From Squalus acanthias (taxonomy: Eukaryota), in contig CM059432.1 in assembly GCA_030390025.1 (NCBI GenBank), positions 28,584,001 through 28,648,000 on the forward strand: a stretch of 64,000 nt of DNA, given 5' to 3'. Positions 24,701 through 36,700 of the stretch are shown here, piece after piece. A model generated the notes under the pieces. That model was not told the DNA's origin. It worked only from the letters and a program-made list of their open reading frames with translations, and did not search any database. The translations under genes and the position numbers were made by a program. Positions within the stretch are counted from its first letter, which is position 1; every line of letters begins with the position of its first letter.

Positions 24701-27700
24701 TAAATGTTATATTTATTATATTTAGAACTGTTAATGAAGAATGGTTTTCAACAAAAAGCACCTTTCGGCACATTGAAACATTCTAAAATGTCTCCCAGAC
24801 ACCGAGCAATGATGGGAGAAGGGTTTGGGGTGGTGACCAAAAGCAAGTCAAAGAGGTTGATTTTCAAGGAGGTGAGAGAGGCAGCTTGGTGGAGGTGTTT
24901 GGAGAGAGTATTCCAGTGTATGAGGTACACCTGTTGAAAGGGGTATTGAAAAGAAAGCAGAGTTGAGAAGAGGGTGCAAGCAGGAACACAGGACTGAAAC
25001 AAGGAATGCGAGGCAGTGAAGCGACTTTTAGATGAAGGTAAGGATTTTGAAAGCGATGTGCTGGAAGAAAGGGAGCCAATGGAAGTTAGTGAATACAAGA
25101 GATAGGGGAGCGAAACTTAGAGTGGGATAGGGTGTAGCCACCACAGTGGCAGTGGGGGTAAGGTAGAGGCAGAGATAGGTGATGTTTCAGAGGTGGAATT
25201 AAACATTGCTGGTGGTGGCCAGAATGTGGAGTTTGAAGCTAAATTTAGGGTTAACCAGGACGCCATGGTTGCACAACATCGGGCTCTGTCTGACTGAGCA
25301 GCCAGGCAGAGGTTAGGTGCCTGGGGCTTTTAGATTGTGAAGGGGTTGGATCGGGTGGATGCGGGGAGGATGTTCCCGATGATGGGTGAAACTAGAACTA
25401 GGGGGCATAGTCTTAGAATAAGGGGCTGCTCTTTCAAAACTGAGATGAGAAGGAACTACTTCACTCAGAGGGTGGTAGGTCCATGGAATATGCTGCCCCA
25501 AAAAGCTGTAGAAGCTACATCATTACATAAATTTAAAACAGAAATAGACAGTTTCCTAGAAGTAAAGGGAATTAAGGGTTACGGGGAGCGGGCAGGAATT
25601 TGGACATGAGTCTAGGTTCGGATCGGTCATGGCCCTGTGGGTAGCGTAGCGGGCCCAGGGGCCGTGTAGCCTGATCCTGCTCCTATTTCGTGTGTCCAAT
25701 TCTGTTAGGTTCAGGAGATGGTTCTGTGATAGTAGATTGGCGGTTAGGATCAGATCAGCCATGATCTTATTGAATGGCGGAGCAGGCTCGAGGGGCCAAT
25801 TGGCCTACTCCTGCTCCTATTTCTTATGTTCTTATGTTTTGGTAAGAGCCAAACAGGATATCTTCAGTCTTGCCAATGTTGAGGTGTTTTGTGGTGGCTA
25901 AGCAGCTGGATATCAGAGTAGTGATCATGGAGTTAAGGGTAATGGCAGAGAGTAGAGCTGAGTGTTGTCAGCATACATGTGAAAATTGACCCTATATCTA
26001 CAAATGATGTTGTTGATGAGCAGTATGGAGATGAGGAAAAGAAGGGGGCCAAGGATGAAGCCTTGAGAGACATGTGAGGCAACTGTGTTCAGTACCCTGG
26101 AGATGTCAATGAGGACATGAAAGGATTGAAAAGTGTTCAAAAGGGAATGATGGGAAAAGTGGGCACAGAGCTGTTTGAAAACCTGAAAGAGGAAGGGAAG
26201 GATGAAGGTAGACCGATAGTTGGAAAGGGCAGAGAGATTGAAGGTGTTTTGTTTTGAGGAAAACTCAAGACTCTGATGCAATCTGAAACCAGTTTGAGGA
26301 GCTCTTTGGAGCAAATGAACATTTGAACCACTTGGTTGCAAACTTATAAAGAGTATCCTCCCAAATTGTTGGAGTAACTTACTCTGAGGTGACGAAGGCA
26401 TGCTCCTTTATTGTGAAGAGCACATCCAGGAACTTGATTTTGGAGGTAAGAGTATGCCCATGGTAAATAATTGGCAGGTCATCTGGCCCGTCCCAGCAGT
26501 CCACTGCAAAAGAAATCATCAATCAATCGCAACATGGATTTATTTAAATAAACCTTTGATATTAGTAAGTAACCTTCTCATTATTTCCACAAGAGGGTGC
26601 AATTTATCCTTTGGGAACATGCAGTCCTTCAGTAAATTGAAGCTGTCATTATGGCTTATAGGAAGAGAACAGCAGGTGGTATTAAATAGGCACCTGACCA
26701 TTAATTAACACCTGGTGACGGGACTGAATTATAATAGAAAGTGATATCCTTGTGAGTTTGTTTCTCCACCCCTCTCACTTTCATGTAGGCCCAAGCTCTT
26801 TCTCCACTAATCCAAACAATATGCTGTAACCAATTTCTAGTCACAAGTCAGTATTGACCAGTAAGCCTACACAGCTAAAGTTTTGTCCCTTGCTCTAACT
26901 TTCTTCCCTCTTTGTGGGGAAATGCTGGACTGTTTTTAATTTTATTGGTGACGACATCACTGAGCGAGGTCTTGTTTCCTCCCCAATGGCATATCACAAA
27001 ATCTTTCTTTTCTTTCGCTTCCTAAAACAAATACAATAAAAATAGCACATCCACACTATTAACATCATCTGCAACTCCAGAATGTTAGTTCAAAATATTC
27101 CTTACTGTTGGAGCATGAAGGTTGCATAACTTGGACACTCATTTCTTTCCCCTCATTTGTTCCTCTCCCTTCCACATATTGTGCCAACTCACACCAACTA
27201 ATGATTTAATTTAATTCAGTGAATAAGCAAACCACACAGACCAAGAGCGAGCCAGATTCAAGCCCCACTCTCTGCTGAGTCAGCTGCGGCGGCAGAAGAG
27301 ATGTTTATTTGGATTTGCTCATCACCCTTAGGCTAAGGAGGGGACAATCGGCCAGTGTTTCCACTCCTGGCCACTCTCCAGCAGCCCTGGCTGGAGCTGC
27401 ATCTCTGTGGATATCAGGTGACAGCAGATGAGGCTGGAATCGAGCTTGGCTGCGATGAACTGTCCGTGAAAAATAGCCATGGTTTCGAGGAAATGTATCA
27501 CAGTGGGAGTCAGCACCGAAGGGAGAAAAATGTGAGAAAATTCGAAAAAGGAGAGACCGCTTACGTTCTATGCAGCGGCACCCCATCCTCAGGCATCGGG
27601 CATAGGCTTCTAATGATGACTCACTGGAAAACTGGTCTCCAGTCAGATACCTGGAAGATATGAAGAGCATTTCAGACCTTCGGTCACTGTTACTCGTAAA

Positions 27701-30700
27701 ATAATGGCCCCGATATTTACAGAGAGCGGGGGAAGGGGGATCCCAGAAATCCCGGGAATGCAGGGGATCAGGAAAATTTTACAGCAGGACCTCATTATCA
27801 TTTCTTTACTCCATATCCCACCAGGCAGCTGACCAACTTCATAGGCTGGCTGGCTGCCGGGCAGAAAAGTCAGCTGTAAATGGCCGCAGCTGTGGACCAT
27901 TGAGGACGGTCCCCAGCAACCGGGACAGATTGGGGGTTGGTGAGCGGTGTCGGACCAGCAATCGGGAGGGAGGGGGACCAGGAGAGATCGCGGGGCAGAA
28001 GGGAGGAATTGCAGGTTTGGGATGGCTGATCGCAGCAGAAGATTTGCTTGCGGGGCCAGGGAGAGCACTCCTGCTCCTTCTGGCTCACAAGCAGTGCAAT
28101 AAAAAGCACTTACTCCCATCTCCATTTTGCTGCCGGGTTTCCCGAGCCCTGGGAAACCCAGCCGGCCAGTTTGAAATTTAAATCAGGCTTCCAACTGCAC
28201 CGTGGGAGCCTAATTTAAATATTATAATGAGGTGTCCCACCTCTCAAGAGACACGCCACGTAACCCACCGTATCACTGGCGGCAGGCGTCTGCATGGCAA
28301 GTTGGGGTCACGTTGCACGATTTTTAATTTTTAACTTTTCCCCAAACATCTCATGCCCATCGTGTGGGTGGGGGAGTGGGGGGGAGGGGGTGTTAAAATT
28401 CCCTCCAGTGTCTCTTACTGGTTGGAACAATTGGAGTACAATGTAGTTGAATGCAACATTGCTACATTAATTCATAGCATTCCTGATCAGGACTAGGCCA
28501 GCAGAGGCAGGCAGTGAGTGGAGATAAGGTCCCACCCACAGCGTGTAAAGACCTCCGAATTGCTCTGTCGTATGTTGTGACAGCTGTTTGCAGAGCAACA
28601 AGGTAGACCACATGCAGCCTTGCTAGACAGTTTGTGATGTCCAAAAGAGGGTGAGGAAGATAGGAAATCATGGGCACTGAAACATACAGGGGCTGAACAG
28701 TACCACTACTGTTAGATTTACTGAATGTCTTCACAGCTGTGGTTTTTGTGACACGAAGGGCATATATTTCATTGAGGAGCATCGTTACTTCTTCTTGTTT
28801 CTGCCCCTACAGTCTAACAGGCACATTGGACTCAAGATTTCTTGCCCTCACTGAAATATACCCACAAACAGCCCTGAAATGAATGTCCACACAGTGAATG
28901 GACTCATGTCTCTGATTCCACACACTGTAACTCCCCAGCTTTGACCATGACCCACTGGAGCCTTCAAGGAAGGAATGGAAACCAGATGGACCCCCATCCT
29001 GCACCCTTAGGCACACTTCTAGCAGCTGTCTGAAGTCTGGCCTTGGCAGAGGCTCCAGGACCATGTCACAACCCCCCATCCCTCTGCCCCTCAAGTGCAC
29101 AGAGCCATAGGGCTGGATTTTGATACGGGGCGGGTTGGGGTCGTGTCATCCACTTTTCGTGTTATCCACCCGACTGCAATTGGATGTGGGAGATTGATGC
29201 GATTTTCACCTAATTGGGCAATTGAGTTCCAGCATATGGGAACCCATGAGCCAATTAGTGTTTTCAGTCTGAAAGTCGCCTCTGATGATGTCATCATTGC
29301 TGCTGCATTGAAGGTCTGCAAAGACTGCCTGGCCTTTGCTGTGAGAGGACCTGGATGCAAAATGAGCAGCAGCAGCCAGCCAAATGTGCTCCCGCCAGGT
29401 TTCACATTCGTGGTTCAGAACAGGCGTGCTTCACATAGAAAAAGGGTTAAAATCACAAAGGCCTTTCAAAATGGCATTATAGAGGCAATTTAGTGCTTGT
29501 TAAGGGCCTTAACAGCCTATCCCGCCTCTTAGAGGCGGGACGGAGTCGGGACCAGCAGACACGATTTAATGAAAATTGCGTGGAGGCGCGCTTGGGCCCG
29601 CTCGCCAGTTTTCACAATTTTAACCCCCCACACACCTCCAAACCCACCTCCACGGGTCAATGAAAATCCAGCCCATAGAGTCATAACGGCACAGAAGGAG
29701 GCCATTCGGCCCATCGAGTCCGCGCCGAGGTTGAAAACAAGTTACAAAATTGAGGATTAGCAGGGTTTTCTGTGATTTGCTCCCTATCCTGTGTGGAGAT
29801 AGTTGATCTCATGGGATGGAGTTGGGAACACTACTGACCCAGTATTCCAGAGAGGGGAAAATGCAGTCAGAACTCCTGCTCCTGATCACTGGCAAGTGTG
29901 AGCATGAGATTAGGATTAGACCTGCCTGTGATGACTTCCTCATCTCTGATTGAATAGCCTGCCAGCACTCATTATCTAGGCTCACACATGAAGAATGACT
30001 ACTTCTGGCATCATACCCCCGTGCGAGTTAGTGCCTTCAGGAGAGGAGGAAAGTTAAGGATTACATCAAAACCGTTTGTGCTCACTTAAAAAAAAAACTA
30101 AACAGAGCGTTACTTAACGTGTTGTGTGATGAGGAGATCCAGTAATAAGAGAGGGGGTGGTTCATTTCCTCAGGAGTCACACGTTCAAACCTTGAATCCA
30201 GAATCATGTTCTCTTTAGAGAACAGATACGCCAAGAACTAAAAGGCAAAAAAAACAGATGGATTTTCATTTGTCATCATTTTATATAAATGTGAATAATC
30301 ATTTTATTATATCCCATTCACATTTTTATTGGAACCTAGGTGAAAAGTCAAGGCCCATAGTGCAAGACTCCAAGTAGGAAAGAAGGCAAGACAAATCAGG
30401 AAGTAGCAGTTAGGTGATGCCGTGCTTGAGTATTATAAACCTGGAGGAGAAAGGGAAGACTGAAGGAGTTAGTGAACTCCATAGGTTTGAATTCCTGAGA
30501 GAGAATGAGCTAGATTAGGAGATGGTGTTATAGAACTTGATTTTAACACATGGAGGAGACAGGAAGGAGTAAGAGAGTGTAGGACATCGTATTTGAAGGA
30601 GGAATAAGAAAGGATGGTTTAAACAACAAATAGTACCAGTGTGTATATTTTTCCTCTCCTTTTTTTTAAGCCTGACCAGGCCACACATCATAACATGGTG

Positions 30701-33700
30701 CTGGAGACCCACATCGACATATCAGCTAATGATGCTGTATTGCCGGTCAGTACGTTTGAGCTGGAGCTGCCTCAGTTAAGAGTTTCCTCTAATTCTTCCC
30801 TCCTTCCACATGGAGAAGTTCCAGACCTCTTCTTTGATGGAATGCCATTTGAGGAATCACAGGATTGGACCAAATCCCTGCTATGCCAGAGCATAAAACC
30901 AACACCCAAAGTTGGGACTGTTCTAGTATGTTTCAGTCCTTTGATTCTTACTTGAAGAAACTTTATAAGTCAAAAATTTACAAGGGACTGTCACCCAGGA
31001 GTTCAAAGTATTGAGCACTTGACTCAAAGCATAAAGGGTATAAGTTCTTCTTCTCCGGCTGCCTCTCGGTAAACTTTAGTTGCTTCAGTTGAGTTACCTG
31101 CTGGAGTGAGGGACAAACTGGGACCTTGTCAGCTTTCCCACCTCATTCCCTCAAGTAAACAAGCTTTACAAAGCTGAAGATGAGCCATTCAACGTGTTTG
31201 TGCGCGAGTAAGAGTGGGCCCAAGCTCTACCACAATATATTGCAATTCTGCCCAAGAGTCAAATGAAGACCATTTGTGGCCTGCAGTTCACTGAGAATGA
31301 ATGTGATAAGGCAAAAGTATACCTACCTCATCCAGTTGTAAAGCGGGGTCTGATATCTCCCGCAAGGGGTCTTTAAAATAATTAAAGATGCACTCCCGAA
31401 CTTTGTTAGTGTCATTTGCCCAGCTTTCCTAAGGAAATAAGATACACAACAATGAAGGGAGTCTTATTCCAGAGCTATCATTACAATGGTTTCCTACAGG
31501 CAATTAACTAAATGTAATCTATGCATGGAATTTGGATGGGTTTGGCTTCTTCCCATTCACTCCCATTGCATAGATTCTAATACTCCAAACTTTTTCCTGT
31601 TCAGCTTCCACTAACACATCTTCGCATTCACTTTTATTGTGTTGAATTCCAGTGGACCAAATCCCTTCCCATTTATCACTATTAAGTAGAATTCCAAAAG
31701 CCCAAACCCCTTTTCATTCACTCCCAATTACTAAAGTTTTCATAGATCAAACCTTTTTCCAGTCACTTCCATGTTAGATTCACATTGTGCAGAGTTGTCA
31801 AGGCATGACGAGCTGACAATTTGCAATTGTTTCCTACACCATCTATCGGCTAACATGGCTGTGGTCAGGCAGTCAGTTTTAAAATTATTATCCCCATGTT
31901 CAAATCCCTCCATGGCCTCGGCCCCCCACCCCACCACCCCCATCTCTGTAATCTCCACCAGCTCTATAACTCTCCGAGAACTCTGCTTTCTTCCAACTCT
32001 GTGTGCTTGTACACTCCCCCCCCCCGCCCCCCCACTTCCTTCACCCACCATTGGCGGCCGTGCCTTCAGCTGTCCTGGCCCTAAACTCTGGAATTCCCTC
32101 CCTAAACCTTTTTGCCTCTCCACCTCTCTCCTCTTCTAAGGTGCTGCTTAAAACCTACCTCCTTGACCACACCTTTGGTCAGCTGTCCTAATGTCTCCTT
32201 CTTTGGCTTGGTGTCAATTTTCGTCTGATTACACGACTGTGAAGCGCCTTGGGACGTTTTACTGCATTAAAGACGCTATATAAATTAAAGTTGTTGTTGT
32301 TGCTGTGTGTAAGGTGTGGAATGATATTCTCTCAGTTTAAATGAAACCCTTCCATGAATCTGTAGATACAGCCTCACAATCATTGGGCTGGATTTTCAAT
32401 GACCCGTGGAGTCGGGTTTGGAGGCGTGTGGGGGGTTAAAGTTGCAGATTCGGGGGTCCCGACCCCATCCCGCCTCCAACCCGCCTCCACGCAATTTTGA
32501 TAAAATCGGTCGCGGGGTTCCCGACTCCATCCCGCCTCCAAGAGGCGGGAGAGGCCATTAAAGCCCTTAACAAGCCCTAAATTGGCTCTGTAATGCCATT
32601 TTGAAATGTTTTAGCTAGTTTAACCCTTTTCTGACGTGAAGCACGCCTGATGTGAAACACGCCAGTGAAACCTGGCGGGAGCACAAGTGGATAGCTGACT
32701 ATCAGCTGCAGGTCCACTATTACAACGGAGATGTGATGAAGGTAGTAGTAGTATTAGGTCTGAAAGTCGCCTCTGATGCTGCTGCATTGAATGTCTTCAG
32801 AGACTGCCGGGGCCTTTGGAGGACCTGGATGGCAATCTCTCTCTCTCTCTCTCTCTCTCTGAGATGCTGCTCATTTTGCATCCAGGTCCTCTCACAGCAA
32901 AGGCCAGGCAATCTCTGAGACCAGGCAGTCTCTGACCTGCAATGATGACATCATCAGAGGCGACTTTCAGACTGAAACCACTAATTGGTTCATGGGTTCC
33001 CATATGCTGGAACTCAATTGCCCAATTAAGTAAAAATTGCATCAATCTCCCACATCCAATTTCAGGCGGGTGGATAACACGAAATGCGGATGACACGACC
33101 CCAACCCGACCCCAGGACAAAATCCAGCCCATTGTCTTAGTATCCCTGAACCTGAACATTTAAAGTGACTGCACACACTGGGGCATTTCATTGTATGGCC
33201 CATGCACAATGCTACACAGAATGGTGGGATATAGTTCATTACTGAGCTCCTGGTCTTAGCCACAGTGCCAAGTGAAGGGAGGTAATGGAGAGCAAGAAAA
33301 TAAATAGAGGAGATAATAAATTGAGGAGTTATCCCTAGACACTCTTACATACTTCTGATTGGTTGGTATTAGAGCAACAAAGTTCACCTGGCTCTCAACA
33401 GAAGTTGGTGCATGAGCTGGGAAGAGCAAGGAATGGAGAGTTAATTGGAGAGAGTTCAAATTTACATTACTACAAACAAAGGGTTTTATTTTAGAACATA
33501 AAAAAGCATGAAACTAGAAAAGGCCCTTCAGCTCATCAAACCTGCTCCTCCCACACATTCCATACAATCTATTCTATAATCGACTCTACCTATCTAATGT
33601 CCGGCGTGAAAATTCTCTTTGACTTCCTGTGTTCCACAGCTTTTCCATCAAATTTATAATGGACAAGGAGGAGAGCCTCCCTGGGAATTCATCTCGCACA

Positions 33701-36700
33701 ACCTTTTCTCCATTGGCTCTACAGGGCCTCCTTCAATAGTTCAAAACTCTAAGTTTCAAAATATCCTTCTCTTTCTTCTCAGAACTGTCTCCAATGCTTC
33801 AATGTCTCTCTGAACGTTGACCGCCCAAAAGTATATGAAGCATTCCAAATGTAATCGCGCCAGAGATCTATGCAAAGTTGGCATAATTTGAATTGTAACC
33901 AAAGCTGCCTTGTTGCCTCAATAAAAGAAAGATTTGAAAGACCTGTATTTATATAGTGCCTTTCACGACCGTCCCAAAGTGCTTTGCAGCCAATGAATTA
34001 CTTTTGAAGTGTAGTCACTGTTGTAATGTAGGAATAATTCACCCGGCTTGTGAGTCAGTTTGCTTACCTTCTGATCATATTGTAGAAACTTCTGGAAGTC
34101 ATACAGTGTTACTTGACATAGCTCAGGCCTCTCCACATTCCTGTGTGCAACAAAATAGTATTTAATAATAGTCAAAAGTAAGCAGAATTTTTCATTATTA
34201 TTTGACATATTTGGGATCTGTAAATGAGTGGATCGATGGATTTGGGGGAAGGGCAGTGAGTGTTGCTGGTGATTAGTGCAGTATCCATTCGCCTGTGAGA
34301 CCTGGGACTGAGGCACATCAGCTCAGATTTTCCCATCAGCATTATTTTAATGCTGCCGTTAGTGCATTTACTTTAAATGGACTTCAGGAGCTGGGCACAT
34401 AATCTGGGCTGACACTTCTCATGTAGCTCAACCGTGTCTATACCTCAAAAATATCATAGAATCATGGAATGATACAACACAGAAGAAGGCCATTCGGCCT
34501 GTGCCGGCTCTTTGGTAGAGCTATCCAATTAATCCAACTCCCCTGCTCTTTCCCCATGGCCCTGTAAATGTTTTTCCTATATAAATACAAGTCTTTCAAG
34601 TCTTTCTTTTATTGAGGCAACAAAGCAGCTTTGGTTACAATTCAAATTATGCGAACTTTGCATAGATCTCTGGCATGTTTACATTTGGAATGCTTCATAT
34701 GCTTTTGGGCAGTCAATGTTCAGAGAGACAAGTATTTATCCAATTCTCTTTTGAATATTACTATTGAATATGCTTTCAGGCAGTGCATTTCAAATCACAA
34801 CAACTCACTGCATAAAAAAATGTTTCCTCACGTCGCCTCTGGTTCTTTTGCCAATCACCTTAAATCTGTGTCCTCTGGTTACCGACCCTTCTGCCACTGG
34901 AAACAATTTCTCCTTATTTATTCTATCAAAACCATTCATGATTTTGAACACCTCTATCAAATCTACTCTTAACATTCTCTGCTCTAAGGAGAACAATCCC
35001 AGCTTCTCCAGTCTCTCCACTTAACTGAGGTCCCTCGTCCCTGGTACCGTTCTCGTAAATCTCTTCTGCACTTTCTCCAAATCCTTGACATCCTTCCAAA
35101 AGTGTGGTGCCCAGAATTGAACACAATATTCCAGCTGAGGTTTAACCAGTGTTTTATAAAGGTTTAACATAACTTCCTTGCTTTTGTACTCTATTCCTCT
35201 GTTAATAAAGCCAGGGATCCCATATGCTTTTTTTAACAGCCTTCTCAATTTGTCCTGCCACCTTCAAAGATTTGTGCACTTACACCTTCAGGTCTCTCTG
35301 TTTCTGCACCTCCTTTAAAATTGCACTATTTATTTCATATTGCCTCTCCTCATTATTCCTACCAAAATGTATCACTTCACACTTCCCTGTGTTAAATTTC
35401 ATCTGCCATGTGTCTGCCCACTTCACCAGTCTGTCTATGTCTTCCTGAAGTCTGTTACCAATGCCATGGGCTTTAATTTTGCTGATAAGTAATTGCAACA
35501 TTGCAAAGGACTTTGGCTGGAGCCACTTCAACTCTGGGAAAGAAAGAACTTGCATTTCTCAAGTGCCTTTCACGACCTGAGTTGTATCAAAGCGCTTTAT
35601 AGCCTTTGAAGTGTAATCACTATGTAATGTAGGAAACGCAGCAGCCAATTTGCAAAGATTAAGCTTGCAGAAACAGCAATAAGATAATCTATTTTAGTGA
35701 TGTTGGTTGAGGGATAAATATTGCCTGGGACACTAAGGAGAACTCACCTGCTCTTCTATCAACTAGTTCTGTAGAATCTTTTACGTCCACCTGAGAGGGC
35801 AGACAAGGCCTCAGTTTAACATCTCACCAGAAAGACAGCACCTCCTCAGTACTGCAGTGGAGTATCAGCCTAGATTTTGTGATCATGTCTCTGGAGCAGG
35901 ACTTGAACCCACAACCTCTGACTCAGAGGCGAGAGTGTATCAACTGAGCCAAGGCTGACATGCCATTATTCTGGGTTTTCTCAACTCTTCAGGCGGGCGA
36001 ACAGGAGAACTCTTGCAGGAATTCACCCCCCACAATCTTTCCTCCAGTGAAATTCAGTTCAGCTCTACAGGGCTCCCTTTGGTAGGGCTTGAAAATTGCT
36101 GCCGTAATGCAAATACTTTCCTTACTTCAAGCCAACTTTCTTTCCTTCACATTTCTGATTCCTTGCTGGGGTATAGATCCACAAGTGGTGGACACCCATC
36201 TGTGGGTTATTCAACTGCACTGAGCGCACCATATCCAAACCCAATCCTGTCCTTGCCTGATTTTCTCACATGCACACCAAGCTGGGATCACCGGATAGCA
36301 ATCAGGGGTGGGAATGCTCGCCTCACTGAGTGCGCCTGTAGGACCTCCACTGCTGGCCCCACTGAGATTCATTCATTCAGCGTAGACCAGGTTTTGAACC
36401 TTAGACCAGATTCCTGTATGGCTCAGCTTAAAAAAGGCCAATTTTCTGAGCCTTGCATTGGGTATCCTATCGTACTGGACCACTGTATTAGGTCATCAAC
36501 ATTGAGTATCCCCCTGTGTTCTTTTCCAGCTTAACTGGAAACACTGGAGGCCATGCTTTAGATTGGGCTGAGAGCCAACTAGGGCCACAGGACCACAGGA
36601 AACCTTGGTACTGGATTTCAAGTGAGGTCACTATAATCTTTTTTGGCATTGAGATATGGATGCATGGTGCTGGTGCAGTGCAGGAGGGATTGGAATGCTT

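Noticed and set aside
30110..30118. U12-type (minor) intron
   Set aside because: The donor lacks the GTATCCTT signature; it is better explained as an atypical U2-type site.
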